Made by a program: the position numbers and the translations under genes. The notes below the pieces were generated by a model. It was not told where the DNA came from. It was given only the letters and a program-made list of their open reading frames with translations, and searched no databases. Positions 1 through 11,189 of a DNA stretch of 35,949 bases are shown here, piece after piece; within the stretch, counting starts at the first letter, position 1; each line of letters begins with the position of its first letter. Origin of the DNA: Octopus bimaculoides. Taxonomy: Eukaryota. The stretch is taken from positions 25,576,978 through 25,612,926 of the forward strand of contig NC_068989.1 in NCBI RefSeq assembly GCF_001194135.2, read 5' to 3'.

Positions 1-66
1 TATATATATATATATATGTATATATATACATATACACATATATATGTGTGTGTGTCTGTGCGCGTA
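1..66. repeat. (TA)n/(CA)n/(TG)n compound dinucleotide microsatellite
   Basis: Read directly from the sequence. Confidence 0.9.
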
Positions 67-443
67 TGTAAGTCTGTCCGTATTTTCCTTACGCCCTTTC
101 AATAGAGTTTAATCGTATTTGAATACTTTCAGATGTAAGACTCAATACGACACGAATGTAGAAATTTAAATGTGCTTACATACATACAAATACACAGACG
201 GATGGACAGATACACACAGGTAAACGTCTCTCTCTCTATGGGCCACCGGCCATTAGGGTCTTCTGAAGAAACGTTGTAAAGCTCCGCTCGTTATGGACGT
301 GAGACCCAGAGTAGCCCCATAGACCGGATATAACTATCGTTATTTAATTGCTTTACTGCCCTATACCTTAGGGTCGGCTTCTCTTTTGGATTTATCATTT
401 ACGAACCATATATATATATATATATACATATATATTATATGAA

Positions 444-1538
444 TTGGGTCATCCCATAAATAATGCAGTTTTATTGTACTTTTATTTTTTAAAATTATGG
501 TAAACAAAGTTCTTTTTTAATCTAAAATATACCCTCCTTCATTTTCTACAATGCTCTTCCATCTCTATGCTAGACTTGCAAGGCCACTCTTCCAAAATTC
601 ACTTGTCCATGACGAAAAATACTTCTACCGTACTGTTCTGATCTCGTCTACAGGATTTATATTTTCTCCGTCCAAATGATTTTGATGACTGCAGAATAAA
701 TGATAATCAGATAAGGTAATGTTCAGCGAATATGGTGGGTGGGTCATCGTTTCCCATTGAAACTGTTCCAGCCTTTGGAATGTCATCCTCGCTGTATGTG
801 GCCGAGAATTATCCTGATGGTAGAACACCTTTCGTATTGAAACCAAAGACGGTCGTTTTCCTTCTAGTGCTGACGTAAGCTGCTCAAGCTGCTCGCAGTA
901 GATCTCATTTGTTATCGATTGGTTTGAGTTTAAAAGTTCAATGTGGGCTAGATCTTTCATATCCCACCAGACAGATAACAACACCTTACGTTGGTGAGGA
1001 CCTTCTTTAGCTTGTGTTTCTCCTGTCCCTACCCACTGTCTTCGATGCTTGACATGTTTATGGAGAAGCCATATCTCGTCAGCAGTCACTATTCCGTCCA
1101 AAGTACGGAATTAACCTCGGAAGGTTTGTGAGGAAACCATCGACCCAATTTGCCAAATTTTCTGAAGGCACAAAATACAAGCATCTACGCTAGTTTCTCA
1201 ACAGTTCCGATGGTATTTTGTACCACCAGGATTTGCAGGACATCCTCATCGTGCTCTACAGTCGTTCCAAGACGTGGCTCGTCTTCTAGGCTGTAGTTTC
1301 CGACTCGGAATTTCTGGAACCACCGTTGATACTGGCTTACGCTTACTGTCCGATCCACATATACTACATTAATGTTTCGGGCACTTTTCGTTTCGTTGTT
1401 GCCTTTATTGTACTCAGAAAGCAAAATACGCTGGATATACTCCATTATAACGTTGAAAATATAACTGTTAAAATCTTCAAACCTTGCACTAAGAATAAGT
1501 AAAATTGAAAAAATTACATTATTTATGGGATGACCTAG
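444..1538 (-). mobile_element. Mariner (Tc1/mariner, DD34D) DNA transposon, decayed and internally deleted
   Basis: Imperfect ~29-bp TIRs: ttgggtcatcccataaataatgcagtttt (444-472) versus the reverse complement of 1509-1538 (ctaggtcatcccataaataatgtaattttt). TA follows at 1539-1540. The TIRs enclose transposase remnants. About 1.1 kb versus ~1.3 kb for a typical mariner. Confidence 0.92.
517..1445 (-). pseudogene. Mariner transposase pseudogene
   Basis: N-terminal HTH MEYIQRILLSEYNKG...QRWFQKFRVGNYSLEDEPR; GRWFPH (WVPHEL-like); IVTADE (first D); VWWD; HQDNSRPH then exactly 34 residues to the D of SDYHLF (YSPDLAP-like YSLNITL). C-terminal RWKSIVENEGGYILD* ends at 517. Broken by stops (625, 1185), frameshifts and a deletion between SEVN and LDGIVT. 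Confidence 0.92.
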
Positions 1539-2319
1539 TACATGTGTTTGTATATGGGTCTTATATTCATTTGTCAAGATTAAAATTAAAATAAGCATTT
1601 ATTTGGCAATAACATTACAACAGATACGAAAAAACCGTAAAATCCTCTGAATGCAAATCTCAGCTTTATTGGGAAAATTATCAGTCCTATTTTTAGTTTC
1701 GTTTTGTTTTTGTTGAACATATAGAGAAAACACGAAACATATCTGAGGATATTATGAGACTCAATTATAATTAAAATAAAAGTTTATCTCTCACAAAATG
1801 AATTAACGCTTTTTTATGTTTTCAATAGCAAAATCAATGCACACTGTTTCAATGCGTATTGTTTACGACTGAATCTTTCATACATTTACAAAATATGCCA
1901 TTTAAAATATACGGCTGCTGATCAACTATATTGAATAGTTTCAAGACGTTATATTTAAGCAAATCATCCTTCGTACAGAAAAATAAGGAAAAGTAACCAA
2001 AAAAATTCTAAACAAATAAATAGGAAGGTTTTCTCTGTTGTTATCAGCTGCACGAAATAGAAAATTATCGATAGAAATTCAATAACGTGTGTAGAATACA
2101 ATCCACATTATTAGCCCACGATTTTTAATATTTTTTTTCCTGAGAAAAGTAAGTAAAGCGTATAGGAAAAAACAACAGGTCCGCGTCGCTAAATAACAAC
2201 AAAGATACGAACTAGAAACACACGCTGTTGCTTACTTATAAATGTAGGAGAATATTCGATATAAGACACCAAGAATTTATTTCATACGCAAATGTTCATA
2301 TATAACCACACTTATTTAG

Positions 2320-2811
2320 ATGTACAAACCCACAGACAAGCCGATACACACACATATATGTATATACGCACATGCATCTATCTTAATATACTTATGCATA
2401 TATAGATATATATGCATATGTATGTCTGTGTGGGTGTTAACAATTATGCAAACATGTATACATACACACATACATATTAAACACAAAAAAACAAAAAACA
2501 CACACACACACATGAACAAATAAATAAATAAAAACAAATACAAACGAACACGTATTAACAGAGTATATAGGTGATACAGACACTCCCCATACACACATGC
2601 ACTTACAAAAGACACAGACACATTGAAGGACACGCAAGCGTAGACACATACAATAGGAATACAAAATACAAAATGGCTGATAGTTAGCAAGGTGAGACAC
2701 ACATAAGAAGGAAGGAAACAAAGGACCACTGATGAGGTCACAGAAGTGTGACGAAAGAACTCTGGCCGAAATAAGATTAAGATTAATGTAATATAAAGCT
2801 GAAGCAAATTA
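2320..2811 (+). mobile_element. Probable Penelope-like element terminal region (AC-rich tract followed by hammerhead), cut by an assembly gap
   Basis: The AC-rich low-complexity tract resembles the minus-strand tract downstream of the GIY-YIG remnant at 23.8-25.3 kb and ends in the hammerhead motif. No ORF homology is visible. Confidence 0.4.
2723..2767 (+). ncRNA. Minimal type I hammerhead ribozyme motif (Penelope-like-element type)
   Basis: GGACCA [stem I] CUGAUGA G GUCACA-GAAG-UGUGAC [6-bp stem II] GAAA GAAC UC [2-bp stem III; predicted cleavage after C2762] UGGCC [stem I partner, one bulge]. Core elements are in the correct order with one extra G after A9. Confidence 0.68.
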
Positions 2812-4422
2812 NNNNNNNNNNNNNNNNNNNNNNNNNNNNNNNNNNNNNNNNNNNNNNNNNNNNNNNNNNNNNNNNNNNNNNNNNNNNNNNNNNNNNNNNN
2901 NNNNNNNNNNNNNNNNNNNNNNNNNNNNNNNNNNNNNNNNNNNNNNNNNNNNNNNNNNNNNNNNNNNNNNNNNNNNNNNNNNNNNNNNNNNNNNNNNNNN
3001 NNNNNNNNNNNNNNNNNNNNNNNNNNNNNNNNNNNNNNNNNNNNNNNNNNNNTATATATATATGCCGACCCGTGTTTGTGTCTGTTTTCTTCTATGTATA
3101 GTTCATCGTTCACCTTTGCTATCTTCTTTCTATTATTGCCTAACTGCCAATAATATTATTTGCTTCAGTATACTGAATTTGGATATTCATTAAAAAAATT
3201 GCCTCCTTTTTATAGAACACGAACGTCTAGAGAATAAAAGCTTCTTGAAACATTCTTTTTTATATTCTTTCATATTTAGGGTATGGAACATTCTTTGAAG
3301 ATGATTTTGCATTAAATATCACAATATTTCCAATTCTTATGTGTTATGCAAATATCTTAAAGAAACTCTCTTAAATATGGTTATGGTCCCCATTTTTAAA
3401 CGTTCCTATTACAAACCTTTTCTACCGTGATACCTATAAGGTTTATGGATTATTTTTTTCTTTCACCGTCTTCATATCAGTTGTTTAATATTTTGTTATG
3501 TAAATTTACTGCCGTTTCATCAAGAGAGTAAACGTTCTGCTCCAAGGCTGGCCAATTCATATCTAATTTATAAATAAGATGGATATAATATACAATATAA
3601 TATTTGGATCAGAGTAGATGAAATTATTTTACATGCTGTTTAGGAACACTCTAAACCCGATCGAACAACAGTATTACCAAAGTCATTTCAAACTTGAGTC
3701 TCTAGGGTTTTAGGGGACATCTTGAATAACACTATCTAATGTGATCCAACTTTTCTAAAGTAACGTAAGTGAATGAAAAAGTTTCCACCATAAGAAATTT
3801 TCATCTTCTGGAATACATTGGTTGCTGTGTCTTTTGTTTCTCGTATTTAGCAATGCACACAAAGTCCCTTACATAAATATTTACTGTGATGAATTGATGA
3901 ACACAGATTCAAACATACACATGCACTCACATAGTGTATGATGTTGTTAACACGGTAGTAATGGCTTCGTGCATTTCATTTAGCAATAATTCACTCGTAG
4001 ATTTGATATTGGCTGCTCGTCCAAATCAACACACTGAGTGGAAACGAGATTACAAATGGGGTATTGTGCATTTTGTGAGGAGGCATGCAATAGAAAAGTG
4101 GAAGACTGGTAAATATGAAAACACATTTGAATCATTTTGCATCTATACACTGTTAGTTTTATACCTAAGAATAAATGCTAAAATATACACATGTAATTAG
4201 ATAATATAAACTTAATTATAATCTAATTATACATATTTATTCACATAAATGCAAACGTTTATACAATACATTGGCAATTAACTAAAATACATTTATTAAA
4301 TTTTATTAATTTAATTCCAGCAATTAAACCCACTACGATATTTGAGGAGTATGTACACGTGTGTGTACACGTATTAGAGTAGAAATTATCAAATTATATC
4401 CGAAATAACGGCAGTGAAATTT

Positions 4423-4490
<68 letters not shown>

Positions 4491-4585
4491 GCTGCTGCTA
4501 CTAAATCAGCCCATCTAGCTTCTATTACTCTGTTGTAAAATTTCTACTACTATTACTACTACTACTAGTACTACTACTACTACTG

Positions 4586-4645
<60 letters not shown>
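4423..4645. repeat. Two (CTA)n microsatellites (4423-4503, 4544-4645) with similar flanks
   Basis: Both start after aaattt. They are followed by aatcagcccatctagcttctattact and aatcaccccttctagcttcttact respectively. Confidence 0.9.
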
Positions 4646-6255
4646 AATCACCCCTTCTAGCTTCTTACTTTCTAGTGCTTTACTAGGTTCATGTTCATAA
4701 CATAGCTCCCACTAGATTGCTCTAGCTAGATTGTCATGTCTTTTCTTGTATTTATTCTGTGCCAATATGCTACATTCACTTACTATATGAGTAAAGCTTT
4801 CCTCTTTTGATTGGCATAATCTACATTGGGAATCTACTTGGGTTTTGTCTATTTCGTCCAATTAGTGCATGATCATATGCAGTTACTAACAAACTTTCTG
4901 CCCCCTTCTTCAGCTTTCATTTCTGCAGACATAACTATGTCTTACTACTATTATTTCCTGCAACTATCCTTGGTAAATTATCTATCTTGGCTTCTTATCT
5001 ATCTTTTTTTTTAACAACTATCTTTGGTAATTGATCTATCTAGGGCTTTTTATCTATATTGGGTTTTATTCAATTACTCCTTAATAGTTGATCTTATGCA
5101 GCTACTAACAAACTACCTTTTCAGGTTTTCATTCTGCAACCATAGCCATGTCTCACTATTACTATTTACTGCATCAATCATTTAGAATCTACCGTGCAAT
5201 GCCTTTTGTTGCCAGTCAGATAATTTCTGTTCTTTTCTCTTTCTTTTTTTTTTGTATTACTTCATTTAAGGTTTTGGTTTCTCTACATTTTGCTGTGATT
5301 CTAGCAGATTTCCATAACATTTCTTCACTATTATCTACATAGCTAAATACACGCAGTCTTCTACTGATATTAACATTTTCCGACCTCCTTTCTAGGTAGA
5401 TATAATCTTACTACACCTGGCCTTGAGTAGTATCCTCCATTCATATTGAATTCCTTCCTAGTTCTGTCTAGCCTTGCTAATTCACTTTTTGTCCAGTCTA
5501 CAAAAGCTGGAGAGTACCTAAGTAATGCTACTGCCCAAGTATTTACAGTCTTTGCTAGATTCCGACCATTTAGCTTTGACTTCATTAGTTTCCTCACCCA
5601 TCTGGTGTGCTCCTCAATTTTTGTTTTCCTTTCTGTAGTTAGTACTCTGTCAGATTCTAATACCCCTAGATACTTATAACACTCCTCCTTTCAATAATTT
5701 TAATGTTTGGCTATCTGTCAATTGGACGCCTTCGCTGTTGACTACCAGTTACTTTCTCATAACTACTATTGCACACTTAACTATGCTAACTTCCATGCCT
5801 ATATTTTTGCTGAAGTGTCTAATAGTCTGTATTAAGGAATCTATCTCTTTTTCATTCTTACTAAAAAGCTTCAGATTATCCTTGTAGAACAAATGGTTAA
5901 TTTTCCCATTACTATTTCTTAACTGACGACCTGCATTTACCTTGCTTAATGCTTAACTAAAGGGGGAGGGGGAGAAACAAATGACAAATGTTAAAGGGGC
6001 CAACGTAAACACTGGAAAATTCTTCTTTTGATATTACCTTTCCCTAAGTGTGTGTCACCTGGGTAGAGATCTACTTACAATTTTTTCATGCTACAGCTAC
6101 TTAATTCTCTTATGTCATCTGAATATACTCAAACATTCACTTATCAATGAGTGTGGAGTCATGTCATAGGCTTTCTGATAATCTATCCATATTATTAGAT
6201 TTTTCTTTCTAGCTTTTACTTCATTTAGAACTGCTTTGTCTATATGTAATAGATC
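4646..6255 (-). mobile_element. R4/Dong-like RLE non-LTR retrotransposon fragment (element 1: RT, thumb, CCHC knuckle)
   Basis: Minus-strand remnants: DKAVLNEVKARKKNLIIWIDYQKAYDMTPHSLISECL; INHLFYKDNLKLFSKNEKEIDSLI (YMDD decayed); YKYLGVLESD; KSKLNGRNLAKTVNTWAVALLRYS...VVRLYLPRKE; CRLCQSKEESFTHIVSEC...KYKKRHDNLARAI*WEL. Ends before the endonuclease, with many stops and frameshifts. Confidence 0.88.
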
Positions 6256-6261
6256 ATGATG

Positions 6262-6449
6262 TCTTCTTCTTCTTCTTCTTCTTCTTCTTCTTCTTCTTCT
6301 TCTTCTTCTTCTTCTTCTTCTTCTTCTTCTTCTTCTTCTTCTTCTTCTTCTTCTTCTTCTTCTTCTTCTTCTTCTTCTTCTTCTTCTTCTTCTTCTTCTT
6401 CTTCTTCTTCTTCTTCTTCTTCTTCTTCTTCTTCTTCTTCTTCTTCTTT

Positions 6450-6491
<42 letters not shown>

Positions 6492-6546
6492 CACTACTAC
6501 TACTACTACTACTACGTCTTCTTCTTCTTCTTCTTCTTCTTCTTCT
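6262..6546. repeat. Compound microsatellite (TCT)62-(ACT)~21-(TCT)10
   Basis: (TCT)n 6262-6447, (ACT)n 6451-6515, (TCT)n 6517-6546. Explains the poly-S, poly-E and poly-T ORFs. Confidence 0.95.
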
Positions 6547-6559
6547 CAGTATTATTATA

Positions 6560-7104
6560 AAAGGAGAGAGTAGCGTATGCCATCAAAGTGAGACTGGAGT
6601 ACAAATATACGAAGCCCAATATACCTACCATGACTACAATTCCTATATGGATACAGCAGCCACATTCCTCACAACCATGTGTGGGCGACATGGTGATCTC
6701 ATATCGAGATAAACAGCGGATGTTCTTGCAGGTGAGACCCAGTTACGATTTCTTCCAGGTCGAATAGCCTATCCTGCACAAAAGGTTCCTGAATAATGTT
6801 TCTTTAAGGATGATGAATGAAACTCTCATGTTTTCTGAGGTGAATTATTCCAACCACAAAGCTTTCCTCAAAAGATATGGTTATGATACTCACCAACTAC
6901 TTCTGCTCATGATCAGACATGTACATAATATCAGCCACTAAAAGAGATGCTTAACTAGTTAAGGTCAATCACATGACAAGCAAAGCTGTGGTATTGAGCA
7001 GAATATTTACTGTAGCCTATCTTTTATACCAAGGCAGATTAATGTACATGATAACATTTCCAATCAGTTAAGATCAAAAGACATGAACGGTATTGCGTCA
7101 GAGT
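6560..7104. mobile_element. Unclassified ~550-bp non-coding interspersed repeat
   Basis: Higher-complexity block between two microsatellites (ggagagagtagcgtatgccatcaaagtg...gtacatgataacatttccaatcagttaagatc). From memory it resembles an abundant octopus repeat. No ORF and no clear TIR; not verified by a search. Confidence 0.45.
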
Positions 7105-7200
7105 ATATTATTATTATTTATTATTATTGTTATTATTATTATTCTTATTATTCTTATTATTATTATTGAGGATGCTGTTGATGATGATGATGATGACGAT
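7105..7200. repeat. (TTA)n followed by (GAT)n microsatellite
   Basis: Read directly from the sequence. Confidence 0.9.
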
Positions 7201-10200
7201 TTTCTCAGGGATAAACCAAAGCAAATACAGACCTGTTAGCTTTAAGAAGATACGTTACGAGCAATGTTTACATGCAGAGAACTCGGGGACAGTGTTGTCT
7301 CAAAAACTTAACCCTAAACAGACAGATTCATCCCCTAATTTCAACGTCCAAGCTCATCATGCCTCAATGATAGCAATGCAAAATACNNNNNNNNNNNNNN
7401 NNNNNNNNNNNNNNNNNNNNNNNNNNNNNNNNNNNNNNNNNNNNNNNNNNNNNNNNNNNNNNNNNNNNNNNNNNNNNNNNNNNNNNNNNNNNNNNNNNNN
7501 NNNNNNNNNNNNNNNNNNNNNNNNNNNNNNNNNNNNNNNNNNNNNNNNNNNNNNNNNNNNNNNNNNNNNNNNNNNNNNNNNNNNNNNNNNNNNNNNNNNN
7601 NNNNNNNNNNNNNNNNNNNNNNNNNNNNNNNNNNNNNNNNNNNNNNNNNNNNNNNNNNNNNNNNNNNNNNNNNNNNNNNNNNNNNNNNNNNNNNNNNNNN
7701 NNNNNNNNNNNNNNNNNNNNNNNNNNNNNNNNNNNNNNNNNNNNNNNNNNNNNNNNNNNNNNNNNNNNNNAATGGCATACATTTCCTCACAAATAAATCT
7801 AATACTGTACAAACCTACTTAAACTGGAAACAGAAACACCTTGAAGGAAGACCCTACATAGACGGTAACAAACCTGCCAACGTCAGAAGAAACATTATGA
7901 AAAAGAAATTACTAACTGAAGTAGAGATTGACCAAATGAAACAAGCAGTAAAGGATACTACAGAAGAAATAATTATAGATCAGCCCAGGTCTGATGAAAA
8001 TGCAATAATGTTTGAAAGAGTTAATGTAACTGATAAGCAAAGCGAAATACCACCTGAAATAGCCATAAACACTAAGGCAAATGAAATAAAAGAGATGAAG
8101 AAACGCACACATAAATTGACCCAACGCAACTACATGATCTAAAAAATCAAATCATGATTCAATGGCTGAAGATTAAAGAAACCAGTTCCTTAATTCTAAC
8201 CAAAACCTGAAAATAATTGCTAAAAACCGCTTGGACTTAAGGATATAATTTAAGCTAATGATGTTGATATTACAGATCTCAACCACCTGTACTATGCATC
8301 CGCGAAAATCTCAACAATTCTATGTGGTGAAACGATTAGAAAACGACAACATTCCCACAAAAGGCCTTCTATGCAAGAGCGTATTCAACACCAAATTCAG
8401 CTACTTAGGTCTGAGATACAATGTTTTAAAAACTTTAAGTTTGACAACACTATCAAACCAACAAAAATCCGAAAATTAAAGAATAAATAGAATATGAAAA
8501 CGATATTTGACATCGATACCACCATAGAAACCATAAACCAAAAGGCATGAAAAGCGCGTTAGATTCTTCTAGGACAACATGTTTAAAAATAACCCTAAGA
8601 AGTTTTACATAAAGATTGGGAAAATGCCAGTTACAGAAAAGTTTCTCCCATCAAAAGAAGAAATACAGGAATTTTAGAATAAAATTCGGGCAGAAGGAAA
8701 AATACACAATAAAAAGGCCTTTAGGATTGATAGAATATTTATTGATCTAGACTCATTAGAAGAGCAAAAGTGTGTGTGTGTGTGGGGGGGTATAAAGGAA
8801 GAGGATGTAAGATCTGCTCTCAGGAAGTCAAGAAAATGGAAGTTTCTAGTATAGAATAAAATTCCTAACTTCAGGGGGAGTACCTACCCAGAGAGCCATG
8901 TGCTGTTAACAGCACCATTAGAACAATTTTTTGAAACATCCTAGTACGATTGCCTCTTGATAAGTTAATGGTGCTACATTCCTACTTATAAAAAATGAAC
9001 AAAAAAATATAGACCCATAAAATTCTTGACAACATTGTATAAAACGCTAACATCTGTCTACAGATTTTTAATAGAATTGTCACAAACAACAAAATCTTCT
9101 CGATAGACTGGATAGACTATAAAACTGCTTTTGATAGCTGGATTAAGAAATGTCTGGAAATGTATAAAATAGCACCTACACTGCGAAACTTCTTGTCTGT
9201 ATGTATGAGGTAATGGAGAAACACACTGACTTTGATGAGTGACAATGAATCTCTCAGTACATATTGCCTCCCTCGAAATTGCTCGATGAAGTACAGTATG
9301 GCTATAAAATGTTTGATAAAAATATAAATCATCTAATTTACAGGGATGATGTAAAGCTCTTTACAAAAAATGACCAACGACTACAGGATTTACTAGCGAT
9401 TGTTAAACAATTCAGTGATGATATCAGAATGCAATTTGGCCTCGATAAAAGTGCAAAAGCTACATTTATCAAAGAAAAATGGCAGAAACATCTAACATTA
9501 ATCTTGACCAGCAGAATGTCATAAAGAGTTAGAACTAGCGGAGAGCTACAAATACCTAGGGGTATTTGAAGGGGACGGAAACAAAATTCACTAACGAGGG
9601 AAATGTTCAGAAGGAAATGGTATTACGGGGTAAGAGCAATACTCAAGACAGAGCCTAATGCAAGAAACAGGATCGAAGGGATCAATACTTTAGCCATACC
9701 AGTCGTGACTTACAGTTTCAACATTATTAACTGGTCAATTACTGAAATATGCAATCTTGACAGAAACATACGACAATCGTTGACAAAGCAAAGAATGCAC
9801 CACCCTAAAGCAGATATAGAACGACTTCATCTACTAAGAAAAGACGGAAGCCGTGGACTTCTACAACTCGAATTAACAATGAAGGTTGCTACAATTGGCA
9901 TAGACGCCTGCCTGAAAAACTCTGATGACTGGATGTTAAAACTTGTCGCAAAACATGAAAACAAGAAAGCAAATTCCAAATACAACAATTCCAAAATTAG
10001 ATGTACGAGGAACAGGCACAGAAACAGCTATGCGTATGAAAACCCGTGCTAAAACTGCTGCCTTAGATATTCTTAGAAAAACCTCTCAATGGCAAATTCC
10101 TAAAAGAGAGCTAATAATGCTGATGTTGACAAAGCCCTTACTCATCAATGGTTAATGGCTTCTGGCTTAAAATCAGAAACAAATGGGTTTATCATAGCAG

Positions 10201-11147
10201 CCCAAGATCAATGCCTACCTAGAAGAAACTACCAGGCCGAAATATTAAAGAACGTCAGTTGCCCAACATGTCGTGTATGTCAACAACAAAATGAGACCAT
10301 CGATCATGTTGTCTCCATGTGCAGTCTTCTTGCGCCAACAGATTTTCTCAACAGGCATGAGAGAGCTGCACAATATATTCACTGGGTAATTTGCAAACTC
10401 CTGGACCTGCCCTGTGATAAAAATCTGATGAAAACACAAACCACCTCCAGTGCTTGAATGATCGGACCTCACTTCTCTGGAACTTCACCGTTCAAACTGA
10501 GAGAAAGACAAATACAAATAGGCCAGACATTATATTCTTTCCTACTCTACGCATAAGGCCCGAAATTTTGAAGGAGAGGCTAGTCGCTTACCTCAGTACG
10601 CAACAGGTAATCAATAGGGCAGACATTATATTGAAAGACTTCAGACAAAACTCATGCCACCTCATTGATATTACTGTCCCAATCGACATAAATATATCTG
10701 TCAAGACCTACCAAATACTGAGCAAGTATAAAGATCTTGAAATAGAAATTGACAAAATGTGGAACATCAAGAGAAAAACAATACCTGTTGTCATAGGTGT
10801 CCTAGGAATGATAGCAAAAGGGGCTGATTGCTACCTAGCTCAGATACAAGGAAACCCCAAAATGGCAGAAATTCAAAAGATAGTGATCATAGGAATTGCC
10901 CATATCCGACGTAAAATACTGTCTATGTAATCCCAAATTTAAAAAAAGACCTCATAAGTTTCTTATGTTTTCTTAATCATTCTCTGAATCATACTACGTA
11001 TAAAACCAAACATATGACACCCTAGGTATAACACCAGCACGAACCTATCTTGTTGTTTCTTGAAGTCTATGGGTGAGACTTGGAGCCAACCTGTACAAAT
11101 ACAAAGCAAAAGTCAAACATAAAATGATACTAATAATAATAATAATC

Positions 11148-11187
<40 letters not shown>
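7201..11187 (+). mobile_element. R4/Dong-like RLE non-LTR retrotransposon, near full length but decayed (element 2), ending in a (TAA)n tail
   Basis: N-terminal KPANVRRNIMKKKLLTEVEI; RPIKFLTTLYKTLTS; IDYKTAFDS; INHLIYRDDVKLF (YMDD site); YKYLGVFEGD; thumb GINTLAIPVVTYSFNIINW...HHPKADIERLHL; CRVC-x8-H-x4-C knuckle; RLE motif NRPDII...IDITVP...KYKDL; ORF stop at 10930; ~200-bp 3' UTR; (TAA)n at 11131-11187. The QGDSLSP motif region appears deleted near 9255. The 5' boundary is approximate (gap 7387-7770). Confidence 0.9.
10537..10612 (-). mobile_element. 5'-truncated SINE family A copy inserted in the LINE endonuclease with a 20-bp TSD
   Basis: The 76-bp insert matches the 3' ends of the SINE copies at 12866, 16000 and 22173 (ctactct..gca.aaggcccgaaatttt). 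Flanked by aataggccagacattatatt (10517-10536) and aatagggcagacattatatt (10613-10632). Confidence 0.88.

Positions 11188-11189
<2 letters not shown>

Noticed and set aside
257-310. Second hammerhead (gggtct...ctgaaga...agaccc)
   Set aside because: A stem I-like pairing and CUGAAGA are present, but there is no GAAA, no convincing stem II and no UH triplet in position.
625-1598. SETMAR-like host gene
   Set aside because: Only the mariner transposase part is present. It lies inside TIRs, is broken by stops and frameshifts, and has no SET domain.
6240-6573. Poly-Glu, poly-Ser and poly-Thr ORFs
   Set aside because: Read-through of the (TCT)n and (ACT)n microsatellites.
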